Below, piece by piece: positions 37,501-48,041 of a DNA stretch of 64,000 bases (positions within the stretch are counted from its first letter, which is position 1; the number at the start of each line of letters is the position of its first letter). The DNA is from an uncultured Anaerolineales bacterium (GTDB lineage: Bacteria; Planctomycetota; Phycisphaerae; FEN-1346). The DNA lies in NCBI GenBank assembly GCA_964539385.1, contig CAZIJC010000002.1:16001-80000 (forward strand), written 5' to 3'. The position numbers and the translations under genes are program-made. The notes beneath the pieces were generated by a model. The model was not told where the DNA came from, searched no databases, and saw only the letters and a list, made by a program, of their open reading frames with translations.

Positions 37501-39343
37501 GGTCATCGTCGAGGCGCGCGAGGGCCTCGAGCCGCTGAGTCGCCAGCAGAAGGAGTGGGCGGCCGTGGCCCGGATGCTGCGCGGCGGCATGACGCAGGCG
37601 TTCATCGTGTCGCCCGGGGCCGAGGCGCCGCGCCTGGCGTTCAGCACGAAAGAGCGGGAGACCGTGGAGACCGTCGAAGCGAAGATCGGCCTGGCCCAGA
37701 CGGTCCTGGTTTTCGACTCGAGCGGCGCCTACCGGGCCGAACAGACGTATCGCATCGACAACCGGACCGAACAGTTCCTCGAGATCGAACTGCCGGAGGC
37801 GGCCGCCCTGTGGACCGCCGTCGTGGCCGGCCTGCCGGTCAAGCCGACGCTCATGGACGATGCGCGGCGCGTGCGCATCCCGATCGTCAAGACCGCCGAG
37901 GGCGACCTCGATTACGCGGTCATCCTGAAGTACGGAGGCAGCATCGACGACCTCGGCGCGCTGCGTGTGTCGGTCGCGTTTCCGCTCATCCGTCCGGTTA
38001 ACATCAACGCGGAACTCAGCCAGGTGCAGGTGTACCTGCCCGAGACGCACGCCTGGTTCTGGTTCCGTGGAACGATGAGCCGGGTGACGGAAGAGGGCAC
38101 CCTCCAGGCGGGCGTCCTGGCGTACAAGAACAAACTGGCCGGCCGCCTGATGCAGACGCTGCGGTCCGACAACCCGTTTGCCCAGACGCGAGCGAAGACG
38201 AACCTTTTCCAGATTTCTCGCGATATCAAGACGCACAAGCAATCGCTGGGACAGAAGTACTACGGAAACGAGGCGCTGCAATCGGAACTGTCGAACGCGG
38301 GCGTGGTCCTCAAGAACGTCGACAAGGAGATCCAGGCCCAGGAGCAGGCCCAGCAGGTGGACGCCGACTTCAACAACGATCTGATAAGGCAAGCGTACGG
38401 AGAGCAGCACAATCGCCGGGCGCGGAACCTCGTCCAGGACCTCGGCCCCAACTGGAAGGCGCAGCCGCAGCAGACGGGTGCCCGGCCGGCCGACCAGTTC
38501 GACTTCAACGACGCCTGGCTGGCCGAGAACCGGCTCGGCAACAAGGAGGCCGAAGCGCGGCAGAAGAAGGGCGCCGCACGGTTCCAGCTGGGTGGACAAC
38601 AGGGCGCTGCGGTGCAGCAGCCGGTCCCGGGGCCGCAGTCGCAGGCCGCAGGACAGATGTTCCAGAGGTTCGCCGGAAAAGACTTGGCCGACCGGCAGGG
38701 GCAGCAAGCCGCCAGGCAGCAGCAGCGCCGCCTCAGCCAGAGCGAGGTCGTCGAGCGGTACCAGCAAAAACTCCAGCAACGGGCCGAACTGGAGAAGAAG
38801 CAACTCAGCGTGAGAGGCACGGGCACGACCGTAGACGGGATCCGCAGCGGGGCGGCCGACGCTGACGCAATATTCCAGTTTGACGTGTATTTGGGGGGGA
38901 AGCAACGTGAGAGGGGGGAAGCATTCAGCCACACCATTCCTGTGGGTGGGCACCCGTGGGTTGCCAGGGCGGGTGAGGTCCCAGCAGGCCTTGCCAGCCT
39001 GGACGTCGAACTGCCGCGCCGCGGCACGCTGTTCCAGTTCACCATGCCGCGCGGTGAGGCCGAGATCACGGCCCGGTCGGCGTCGATGCCGCTCATTGAG
39101 GGCCTGGAGCGCGTGGCCGGTGTGGTGGTGCTCGTCGTGGTGATCGTGCTGGTGCGGCGATGGCTGCGCGGCCGCGAGATCGGTCTGAAAACCCAGAGCA
39201 CGATCGCGACGGTGCTGATTATCCTGGGCGTAGTCGGCATTGCACTGGGTATCTTCCCGGTGGCGGGCCTGCTGGCGCTGGCTGTCGGCGTCGGCGTGAA
39301 GATCAAGTTGTTCTTCGCCCGCCGCAGGCCGGCAGCGGCGTAG
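31499..39343 (+). CDS. Giant (about 2610 aa) membrane-anchored protein made of two modules homologous to the upstream gene; function unknown
   Basis: Start overlaps the upstream gene end; signal peptide; central TM cluster (about 34975-35310) and C-terminal TM cluster. Confidence 0.85.
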   Translation: MRNTIPILLLALAALTAPAAAVNKPPPANLQSQISNLRSEIRDPKSEKTVRELLVPFEDLSVLLEGDPNRVLLSRDEYEALLEKAKKQAEARAPRQALLVSADYQAKAGDERAEIAGTLTVSVLEDGLHAVGLDVGGVGLRGATLDGKGAPVGLSDDGRLTLFVEGKGEHKLVLDVVAPLQTTAARQILNFRLPTPAPARMRLTVPGDVEVKSGAPVVARVFDEAAEVTRIEILPQRGDVSLVMTLNSRLLRKDRIVVARSVFLDEVTQAYERLHATVSMAVLHRAVKGFRFAVPAGFEVTDVRSPNLARWAIVTESGRRILDVHLRDETTETVVLNLSAVRMKPDLGAWALAKFEPLDVVGHVAVVGLAVEDRLKAEAVSPEGLIAIDTAVLVKALPATVLEARPGAAKIRPVVAYYAPQAAFGLTARFVKPPARLRVTTNLLVILEDGGLTVRGGFALVPEQEKRFAFDFSVPAGWDVTSVTADGGGVTFERYGKPGQEGRVHVRLAQGVPAAAERQVLFTAVHVPKTWFSEWAGTAMEFPVFAVSGAARDVGAIAVDARDDMVVRPEALERLMPLDENEKTRYGLQGVAAALAYRYDAQPYRARLTVERTLPRITAQTFSFFRVERDVLAAHYEIVYDVTQARTRRLRLLLPEETPTALSIRGLGGVALKEYTSEIVGEEGSRRRRWTALLAERRSGAVRLAVDFQQRLAELEPENLALPIVEADGVAYQSGLVAVEGSPELDVVVTTGARRVDIGELVDAEYQPGRRLLGAYGFVGNTAPVAVAVARHPTLGLPPAIIQRAELATVLSADGLAQTSARFLLRTKALFLEVRLPEDSTLWSAALDGEPIKPQREAESMLLNLPAAAAGAVRDLRVVYETPVDGMAFWRGLDVPAPRLFLHAEPTAEGKEVPVADLEWQLFMPSGYRVIRAEGSVVTGQVTAPPLAVANVAGAFYAGSGGVDFDHGALGLVLMGFGGCAMKSAKEMAVGRWDSARDGADAPRDYFYGDESEEEAAKTGEDLEIAGGATLSMREKASRSARPHGAKDANRLAIRTGERRAADEAGTGAKPADKPPSVGTAPAPKTKPEPAALTPRAPPKRPVTPAKKEDAAKRKLHRAWALEGVASLKIDLVKTGEAVTFQSLGTEPRLTLTVVDAGRMEALAWALALAVLVVGLALTSRPAAAKAAYVVGVGLVATLIPVITGRIELAMLVNGAFYAACLLILYYLVAGCVRWFAGKVSGTFAPPATAAAGMVLAIAAGVLLAGGASAVADQKGAPYVIQVVPPPKPVKVPADAIILPYDPASKTGIQDADRLLVPYARYVELWNQAYPEKPIGKKKPPAPYALAGAALTATLKGEEYLLVEGHIDIDVYTDSYAVVPLPLEGGVLAKADLDGAPARLSVAETAPAPNRKKSSKPLPQSFVVLYVSGKGRHRLDLAARMRLHRRGGWRGVEGRLPVAPATALALTVPDAGTEVRLGGVPDRASYDTKAAGQTIETALGAGGSVSIQWRPKVSEGQLDRTLTAGSKAVLDVQEDSLRLVWSLHLEFRRGERDFFTVEVPGGYTVEKVEGTNIRGWEAKQAGERQEVTVTLLKPAKGSEDFTITIWRQADAGSSPVAGGEFDAPVVGVTGALRHTGQLVIRRSPLLDLRTVATSGVRRDDLPPEPKKTGGGAGATESPLGIRPQEAYRFVATPFSVRLAAAPAVAKKSATVQMIVRVAQRERSMEARATLTVRNRPLYWARFVVPPDLKVDRVLAPGTFEWALTDEAGRRVLTVYLASGVQGACPILLQGKLGEDRETLDTAVPHLEVLDVDRQQGDIVVQVDPAFEVRTEALENIERALLHRAGGWLSSDQKTLAALALHYTRPDYAGRLVLTAKKPDVTCFTVTNARVTDRSIDETILVSWTIRGAGVRDVSLVLPAWMKDARISVPLLRQKTITPVADDAASVRVHLELQDEVMGELRVLIENDRLLAGGTHDAPIPRVETGRTDRRYVALESAGRDEVIVEAREGLEPLSRQQKEWAAVARMLRGGMTQAFIVSPGAEAPRLAFSTKERETVETVEAKIGLAQTVLVFDSSGAYRAEQTYRIDNRTEQFLEIELPEAAALWTAVVAGLPVKPTLMDDARRVRIPIVKTAEGDLDYAVILKYGGSIDDLGALRVSVAFPLIRPVNINAELSQVQVYLPETHAWFWFRGTMSRVTEEGTLQAGVLAYKNKLAGRLMQTLRSDNPFAQTRAKTNLFQISRDIKTHKQSLGQKYYGNEALQSELSNAGVVLKNVDKEIQAQEQAQQVDADFNNDLIRQAYGEQHNRRARNLVQDLGPNWKAQPQQTGARPADQFDFNDAWLAENRLGNKEAEARQKKGAARFQLGGQQGAAVQQPVPGPQSQAAGQMFQRFAGKDLADRQGQQAARQQQRRLSQSEVVERYQQKLQQRAELEKKQLSVRGTGTTVDGIRSGAADADAIFQFDVYLGGKQRERGEAFSHTIPVGGHPWVARAGEVPAGLASLDVELPRRGTLFQFTMPRGEAEITARSASMPLIEGLERVAGVVVLVVVIVLVRRWLRGREIGLKTQSTIATVLIILGVVGIALGIFPVAGLLALAVGVGVKIKLFFARRRPAAA
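31582..31637 (+). repeat. 8 x 7-bp degenerate AT-rich tandem repeat inside the CDS
   Basis: CAATCTG CAATCTC AAATCTC AAATCTC AGATCTG AAATCCG AGATCCG AAATCCG. Confidence 0.85.
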
Positions 39344-39473
39344 CCGGGATGAGTTGAGCCGGTTCTTGCGCGCGGCGGCCGTCGCTGGCCGCCGCGCCGC
39401 TCTTTCCACGTGACAAGGCGTGCGGCCTGCCGCTACACTGGTCGGCGTCCAGAATGTGGAAAGGGGTCTGCCG

Positions 39474-39977
39474 ATGGAATGCCCGGCTTGTGGTAATACG
39501 CTGACGCAGATGACGGTGGCGGAAGTTACAGTGGATGTGTGTGAAGGCGGCTGCGGCGGCATCTGGTTCGACAACCAGGAGATCCGGAAGTTGGACGACC
39601 GGGAAGAGGCCGCCGGCGAGGCGCTGCTCGACGTCCAGCGCGACCCCAACGTCACGGTGGATCACGACGCCCAGTGGGGCTGCCCGCGCTGCGGCCACCC
39701 GGCGATGACGCGCCATTTCTACAGCCCGAAACGCGCCGTCGAAGTGGACGAGTGCCCGAGATGCGGTGGTGTCTGGCTCGACGCGGGCGAACTGGCCACC
39801 ATCCGCACCCAGTACGAGAGCGGCGAGGCGCGCCGGGCCGCCCATCGCGAGTTCGCCCAAAGCCTCTACAACGAGCAACTGGCCGGGATGCAGCCGGAAC
39901 GTGCCCCCGTCTCGGCCGAGACGGACGAGGGGGCCGGGCCGACGGAGATGCTCCGCCGCCTGCTCCATTTCATCTGA
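39474..39977 (+). CDS. Tandem zf-TFIIB-like zinc-ribbon protein
   Basis: CPAC...VDVCEGGCGGIWFDNQEI and CPRC...VDECPRCGGVWLDAGEL. Confidence 0.85.
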   Translation: MECPACGNTLTQMTVAEVTVDVCEGGCGGIWFDNQEIRKLDDREEAAGEALLDVQRDPNVTVDHDAQWGCPRCGHPAMTRHFYSPKRAVEVDECPRCGGVWLDAGELATIRTQYESGEARRAAHREFAQSLYNEQLAGMQPERAPVSAETDEGAGPTEMLRRLLHFI

Positions 39978-40096
39978 CGCGGGTTTCTGAAACCGTCAAC
40001 CTGCCAACGGCAGGGCTCGGCGTCCAATCACGTCGCCGTACCGGCGACGGCTCAACGCGGTCCGGCCCCTGCGGGCGGTGCCCAGACCGGAGCACT

Positions 40097-40123
40097 AAAA
40101 AAGCGGGGCTCGTCGATCCGCTT
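40097..40123 (-). terminator. Putative intrinsic terminator
   Basis: Minus strand AAGCGG...CCGCTT stem running into a T-tract, downstream of 40210-40638. Confidence 0.5.
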
Positions 40124-40209
40124 CGCGGCCGGGTGTTTCGGCAGGGGACGTCCGCCGGTCGCAAGCGGGTACGACGAGCCCGCGTCGAGATGTAAACGGT
40201 GTTCGGGTG

Positions 40210-40638
40210 TTACCTTGGGCGGTCTCCTTCACCCCGTGGGGGCCTGTCGCCATCGCCTCTGCGGCGCCTGTCCAGCCGGTCCCTGTCGCCACGCTCTCTG
40301 TCGCCCGCCCCTTCCGGCCGCATCTGCCGCATGATGGCCTGGAACACGGCCATCCGGACGGCCCTTTCGTCGTCGCCGACGACCTTCTTGACGGCATCCT
40401 GGAAATCGGCCAGGGCCTTCATCAAGCGTGCGGCGACTTCTCCCTTCATGAGTTTTGCGAGGTCGGCGCGCTGCTCTTCGCTCAACTGCGGTCTGGGCGG
40501 CCCTCTGCGCTGGCCTTCGCCGCCCGGCCTGCCCCTAGGCGGGCCTTCTCGTTCCGGCCTTTCCTCCCCGTAGGCCGTTATGGCGAGGCTCCCCGCCACG
40601 ATCACGGCCGCAAGGCTGATCAACAGAATCTTTCTCAT
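40210..40638 (-). CDS. Small secreted helical protein with R/G/D/P-rich ends
   Basis: MRKILLISLAAVIVAGSLAITAYG signal; AAGGAGAG RBS. Confidence 0.75.
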   Translation of the reverse strand: MRKILLISLAAVIVAGSLAITAYGEERPEREGPPRGRPGGEGQRRGPPRPQLSEEQRADLAKLMKGEVAARLMKALADFQDAVKKVVGDDERAVRMAVFQAIMRQMRPEGAGDRERGDRDRLDRRRRGDGDRPPRGEGDRPR

Positions 40639-40709
40639 GTTCGCTCTCCTTTCCTTCCGCGTTTGCGGTGCACTGGATTACCGGATTCGCTCTCTGCTTC
40701 ACCAGTTCC

Positions 40710-40734
40710 AACGGCGAGTGCGGGGGTTTATTGC
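40710..40734 (-). promoter_or_regulatory. Putative ECF promoter shared with the ECF sigma gene
   Basis: GCAATAA-N12-GCCGTT, same motif and spacing as 54255-54279. Confidence 0.6.
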
Positions 40735-40788
40735 AGGAAAGTGGGCGGCTGCGCCTTTGGGTTGACGGCGGCCGGCGGGGCGGGTTTT

Positions 40789-43428
<2,640 letters not shown>

Positions 43429-43509
43429 GTTGTGAGCCTCCGTTCTGTCCATGTAGGCCGGGGCGCACCCCGGCATCGGGTGCATGTTGTGTCCATTGTG
43501 CTAAAAAGG

Positions 43510-43524
43510 GCAAACGCCGTGCCA
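43510..43524 (-). promoter_or_regulatory. Sigma54 (-24/-12) promoter of clpB
   Basis: Minus strand TGGCACGGCGTTTGC matches TGGCACG-N4-TTGC. Confidence 0.75.
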
Positions 43525-43596
43525 CGCTCATGGGGCCGTTTTCCAGAGTCAAAGGGCCACCTGATGGTCAAGAGCGGGGATTCCCGGGAGACGTCT

Positions 43597-43611
43597 CTGC
43601 CATTTTGGCAG
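43597..43611. promoter_or_regulatory. Palindromic candidate upstream activator site
   Basis: CTGCCA-TTT-TGGCAG about 75 bp upstream of the -24 element. Confidence 0.45.
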
Positions 43612-43640
43612 GCGGCGGGCGGCGGCTGTTGGCTCGCGTG

Positions 43641-44426
43641 TCAGCCCCCGAAGAACGACGCGAAAGAGTCTTTGCGGATGGTCGCGTACCAGGGGTCGAG
43701 CATCTCGCGCGGCGTGAAAGTGGCAAGGAGCAGGCCCTCGCCGCCGTCGGCCGTCCGGATGCCGCGCGCGTCCCAGCAGCCGGAGTTCAGCCACCGGTCG
43801 TCGGCACTCGTGTTGCACAGCAGCGTTGGTGTGGCCCATTCGGCCGCGCGGCCGGCGAAGTGAGCGGGGACGACCGTCGGCTTCGTGCCGGGGTCCGGGT
43901 CGGGCCCTGCCATGTGGGCGATGACACAGAAGGCGTCGGCGTCCTCCCTCGCGAGTTCCGCGAAGACCCGCGGGAACCGGACGTCGTAGCAGACGGCCAA
44001 GCCCAGCCGCCAGCCCGCGCACTGGGCAACGACGGGGTCGCTTCCGCTGATGAAGACCTTCTTGTCGAGCGGTGTGAGGCAGCGTTTGCGGTAGCGGACC
44101 TCGGCCGAGGTGTTGCCGCAGGCGAGCGCGTCGTTCGTGGCGGAGTCCTCGGCGGGGCCGGCCGTTCCGAGGATGAGCGCAAGGCCGGCCTCGCGGGCAT
44201 AGGCGGCCAGTTGGCGCTCGGCCCCGCGGACCTCATCCCAGTTGATATCGGCCAAGTCCTCGCGCGCCGCGCTCGGGTAGCCGGTCAGCGCGCATTCCGG
44301 CGTAAGAAGCAGCCGCGCGCCTGCATCGCGGGCCTCGGCGATGCCCTTGGTGATACGGGCGCGGTTTTCGGCGACCGAGTCCGTTACCGTGAAACTCCAA
44401 CACGCGGCGGTTAGTGCTTTGGCCAT
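43641..44426 (-). CDS. Carbon-nitrogen hydrolase (nitrilase superfamily)
   Basis: E-K-C triad: LTPECALTGY, YRKRCL, AVCYDVRFP. Confidence 0.88.
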   Translation of the reverse strand: MAKALTAACWSFTVTDSVAENRARITKGIAEARDAGARLLLTPECALTGYPSAAREDLADINWDEVRGAERQLAAYAREAGLALILGTAGPAEDSATNDALACGNTSAEVRYRKRCLTPLDKKVFISGSDPVVAQCAGWRLGLAVCYDVRFPRVFAELAREDADAFCVIAHMAGPDPDPGTKPTVVPAHFAGRAAEWATPTLLCNTSADDRWLNSGCWDARGIRTADGGEGLLLATFTPREMLDPWYATIRKDSFASFFGG

Positions 44427-44463
44427 GGCGTGGTCTCTCCAAGCCCCACACAGCATAACAGAA

Positions 44464-44486
44464 AAAAAGGTACCTGGAACCTTTTT
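44464..44486. repeat. Short AT-flanked palindrome (REP-like)
   Basis: AAAAAGGT-ACCTGGA-ACCTTTTT in the divergent intergenic region. Confidence 0.55.
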
Positions 44487-44507
44487 GGCAAGCGGCGCTT
44501 TCGTGGA

Positions 44508-44536
44508 TTGACGGATGCCGCGGCGCCGATTACAAT
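44508..44536 (+). promoter_or_regulatory. Sigma70 promoter of mfd
   Basis: TTGACG-N17-TACAAT. Confidence 0.75.
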
Positions 44537-44556
44537 GCGGCCACAACCTGGAGTCT

Positions 44557-47500
44557 ATGGCCGAAGGCCAGAAGGTGGACATCGCGGCTACGGGCGAAGC
44601 GGTCACGGACCTGTTCGCCCGCCAGGAGGTCGTCGGCCTCGTCCGGCAGACGCTGTGCGAAGAGGGGCGGGCGAGCGTCGAAGGCCTGTGGGGATCCAGC
44701 GCGCCTGCCCTGGCCGCCGCCCTCCTTCCGGACTGTCCGTCCACGCTTCTGTATGTTGTCGCGCACATCGACTCCGTGGACGATGCCCGCGACGACTGGC
44801 GGCTGTTCGCCGGCGTTGACCCGCCCGTCTTTCCCGCCTGGGAGGCGCTGCCGACCGAGTCTGACGTCTCGGACGAAATCCTGGCCGACCGCCTGCGGGT
44901 GCTCAAGCGGCTCGCGGCGGCGCAGCCCCGAGCCCGGAGCGGAAGCGTCGAGGCACCGTCACAGGCCGGGGTGCGTGCCACGGCAAACGAAGATGCCCCG
45001 ACGCTCCCGCGTCGGGCTCGAAACGACGTAGCGCTGCCTCGCGTCCTCGTGGCGCCGATCCAGGCGATCATGCAGCCGGTTCCCTCGCCGCGTCACCTGG
45101 CCGAGAACACGCTCGAACTCACGGTCGGCGCCGAGTACAGCATGTCGCACCTGCGCCGGTGGCTGGCCGAGCGCGGGTTCCGCCCTGCGGAACTCGTCCT
45201 CGAACCCGGCCGGTACGCCGTGCGAGGTGGCATCATGGACGTGTACCCGCCGACGGCCCCGGCGCCGTACCGGCTGGAGTTCTTCGGCGACGAACTCGAG
45301 AGCCTCCGCACGTTTGACCCCTCAACGCAGCGGAGCCTCGACGACCGCGACCGCGTCGCCGTCTCGTTCATGCCGAGCGGCAAAGGCGGCCCTCTCGCCC
45401 CCGAGACCTCGACCAACCTCCTGGACTACCTGCCGCAAGGCGCATGGATCGTCTGGCAGGACCCGCTGGAGATCGCCGAAGTCGGGCGGTCGTTCGTCGC
45501 GCGGCTGGCGAGCCCCGTCGGCGTGTATGCGTTCGAGGCGGTGGTGCGCGAGAGCCGCGAGTTCGCGCGGCTCGACGTCTCGAGTTTCACCACGAGCGGC
45601 GCGAGCGACGCCTTTGCCCTTCGAACCGAGAGCCTCCCCGCCTTCAGCGGCAAGGCCGAGGCCGTAAGGGGGGAACTGGCGGACCTGGCGGCCGAGGACA
45701 CCGTGCTCCTGTTCTCGGACAACGAGGGCGAACGCGACCGCCTTGCCGAGATCGTTGACACCATGGGTCCGGAGACCAAGGGGCGCATCCGCCTCGGCGT
45801 CGGTCGCCTCGGCGCGGGCTTTCGCCTGGTGGCCGAGAACGTGGCGGTTGCCTCGAACCACGAGGTCTTTCAGCGGTACCAGACGCGGCGGCGGCTCGGG
45901 CGGCGGCTTGAAACCCGCGCCATCGACACGTGGATGGACCTGGCGCGCGGCGACCTGGTCGTCCACGTGATTCACGGCATCGGCCGGTACCTGGGCATGA
46001 AGACGCTCCGCCGCGACGCCAAGGCCCTGACCGAAATGAAAGGCGCTTTGCCCCTGCCCGGCGCGGCGGCAGCCGAGCAGACGGCCGATTACCTCCTCCT
46101 GGAGTTCCGCGACAAGGTCAAGGTGTACGTCCCGGCGTCGCAGGTGGCCCTTGTCCAGAAGTACGTGGGCGGCTTCAAGGGCAAGCCGCGCCTCTCGCGC
46201 GTGGGCGGCAAGGCGTGGGGCGAGAAGAAGCGGCGAGTCGAAGAGGCCGTCCAGAACTTCGCCATGGAACTGTTGCGCGTCCAGGCCGTCCGGGAGGCCC
46301 GGCCGGGAATCACCTACCCCTCCGACAGCCTGTGGCAGAAAGAGTTCGAGGCCGCGTTCCCGTATCCCGACACCGAAGACCAGGCGGCCGCCATGCAGGA
46401 GATCAAACGCAACATGCGCTCGCCGCGACCGATGGACCGGCTCGTGTGCGGCGACGTGGGATACGGCAAGACGGAACTGGCAATCCGGGCGGCGTTCAAG
46501 GCCGTCGAAGCCGGCAAACAGGTCGTCGTGCTCGTGCCGACCACGGTCCTGACGGCCCAGCATCTGGGAACCTTCCGCGAGCGAATGGCGGATTACCCTG
46601 TCATCATCGAGATGATGTGCCGGTTCCAGACGCGAGGGACGCAGGCCGAGATCCTCGACCGGTTCCGCAAGGGGCAGGTCGATATCCTCATCGGAACGCA
46701 CCGGCTGCTCCAGAAGGACGTCGTGCCGGCCGACCTGGGCCTCCTGATCGTGGACGAGGAGCAGCGGTTCGGCGTCGAGCACAAGGAGCGGCTCAAGCGG
46801 ATGCGGCAGACGGTGGACATCCTGACGCTGACGGCCACGCCGATCCCGCGGACGCTGCACATGTCGCTTCTGGGCATCCGCGATATCTCGAGCCTGACGA
46901 CCGCCCCCCAGGACCGGCGGGCCGTCCGGACCGAGGTGTGCCCGTGGGACGACGGGCGTATCCGCCAGGCCATCTTGCGGGAACTCGCACGCGACGGGCA
47001 GGTCTTTTTCGTCCACAACCGCGTCCGCACGATCGAGGCCGTGGCCGACCGGGTGCGGCGGCTCGTGCCGGAGGCCCGCATCGAATGGGCCCACGGCCAG
47101 ATGAAAGAGCGGGAGTTGGAGGACCGGATGCTTCGGTTCTTCGCAGGCGACGTGGACGTCCTCGTCTCGACCACCATCATCGAGTCGGGCCTCGATGTGC
47201 CGCACGCCAACACCATGTTCATCCACGACGCCGACCGGTTCGGCCTGGCCGACATGCACCAGTTGCGCGGCCGCGTGGGACGGTACAAGCACCGGGCGTA
47301 CTGTTACCTGCTCTTGCCCGAGAAGCGTCCGCCGACGCCGGCGGCGTCGAAGCGTCTGCACGCCATCGAGCAGTACGCCGAGTTGGGAGCGGGCTTTCAG
47401 ATCGCGATGCGCGACCTGGAGATCCGCGGGGCCGGCAACATCATGGGGCTCGAACAGTCCGGTCACATCTCCGCCGTCGGGTACGAGATGTACTGCCAGT

Positions 47501-48003
47501 TGCTGGAGGCGACCGTGCGTCGGCTCAAGGGCCAGCCCGCCGACGAGCCGGGCCGGGCGGACGTGCAGTTGAATCTGGCGGCGTTCATCCCAAACCGATA
47601 CGTGCCGACCGAGAGCCAGCGCATCAGCCTGTATCGGCAGTTGCAGCGTGCGGCAAACGCCCGGACGCTCGCGGAGGTGGCGGCCGAGATCGCCGACATG
47701 TACGGCCCCATGCCGGAAGAGGTGCAGAGGCTGGTAGACCTGGAGGCGGTCCGCGTGGCCGCCGGCGATGCGGGCATCCGCTCCATTCGCCGAAAGGGAG
47801 CGGATCTCGCGTTTGCCGGCGAGGACGCCGCCCTGGTTGCACCGCTTCTGGGCGAATCGGGTAACCGGCAGGTCTCCGGCGCCGGCGTGGTTCGCATCCT
47901 GGACCCGCACAGGTTGGTCTGGCGGCTGCACGAGGATCGCGGCCCGGACGGGGCGCTGGCGCTGCTGAAGAAGGCGCTTGCCCGCTCGGAGGACGGCAAA
48001 TAG
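44557..48003 (+). CDS. mfd: Transcription-repair coupling factor
   Basis: RGGIMDVYP, VVHVIHGIGRY, CGDVGYGKTE, DEEQRFG, TATPIPRT, QLRGRVGR, DLEIRGAG. Confidence 0.97.
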   Translation: MAEGQKVDIAATGEAVTDLFARQEVVGLVRQTLCEEGRASVEGLWGSSAPALAAALLPDCPSTLLYVVAHIDSVDDARDDWRLFAGVDPPVFPAWEALPTESDVSDEILADRLRVLKRLAAAQPRARSGSVEAPSQAGVRATANEDAPTLPRRARNDVALPRVLVAPIQAIMQPVPSPRHLAENTLELTVGAEYSMSHLRRWLAERGFRPAELVLEPGRYAVRGGIMDVYPPTAPAPYRLEFFGDELESLRTFDPSTQRSLDDRDRVAVSFMPSGKGGPLAPETSTNLLDYLPQGAWIVWQDPLEIAEVGRSFVARLASPVGVYAFEAVVRESREFARLDVSSFTTSGASDAFALRTESLPAFSGKAEAVRGELADLAAEDTVLLFSDNEGERDRLAEIVDTMGPETKGRIRLGVGRLGAGFRLVAENVAVASNHEVFQRYQTRRRLGRRLETRAIDTWMDLARGDLVVHVIHGIGRYLGMKTLRRDAKALTEMKGALPLPGAAAAEQTADYLLLEFRDKVKVYVPASQVALVQKYVGGFKGKPRLSRVGGKAWGEKKRRVEEAVQNFAMELLRVQAVREARPGITYPSDSLWQKEFEAAFPYPDTEDQAAAMQEIKRNMRSPRPMDRLVCGDVGYGKTELAIRAAFKAVEAGKQVVVLVPTTVLTAQHLGTFRERMADYPVIIEMMCRFQTRGTQAEILDRFRKGQVDILIGTHRLLQKDVVPADLGLLIVDEEQRFGVEHKERLKRMRQTVDILTLTATPIPRTLHMSLLGIRDISSLTTAPQDRRAVRTEVCPWDDGRIRQAILRELARDGQVFFVHNRVRTIEAVADRVRRLVPEARIEWAHGQMKERELEDRMLRFFAGDVDVLVSTTIIESGLDVPHANTMFIHDADRFGLADMHQLRGRVGRYKHRAYCYLLLPEKRPPTPAASKRLHAIEQYAELGAGFQIAMRDLEIRGAGNIMGLEQSGHISAVGYEMYCQLLEATVRRLKGQPADEPGRADVQLNLAAFIPNRYVPTESQRISLYRQLQRAANARTLAEVAAEIADMYGPMPEEVQRLVDLEAVRVAAGDAGIRSIRRKGADLAFAGEDAALVAPLLGESGNRQVSGAGVVRILDPHRLVWRLHEDRGPDGALALLKKALARSEDGK
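44929..45020. repeat. Palindromic element inside the mfd coding sequence
   Basis: CGAGCCCGGAGCGGAAGCGTCG ... CGACGCTCCCGCGTCGGGCTCG imperfect inverted repeat. Confidence 0.7.
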
Positions 48004-48041
48004 AATACGAACCTCTTTGGACCCTTTTGGGGGTTCGACCT

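Noticed and set aside
34481-39655. 1724-aa minus-strand ORF (also 27970-30858)
   Set aside because: Antisense to the giant genes; composition typical of shadow ORFs.
43496-43506. CIRCE-like TTAGCAC on the minus strand upstream of clpB
   Set aside because: Only a partial half-site; the matching inverted arm at 9-bp spacing is absent.
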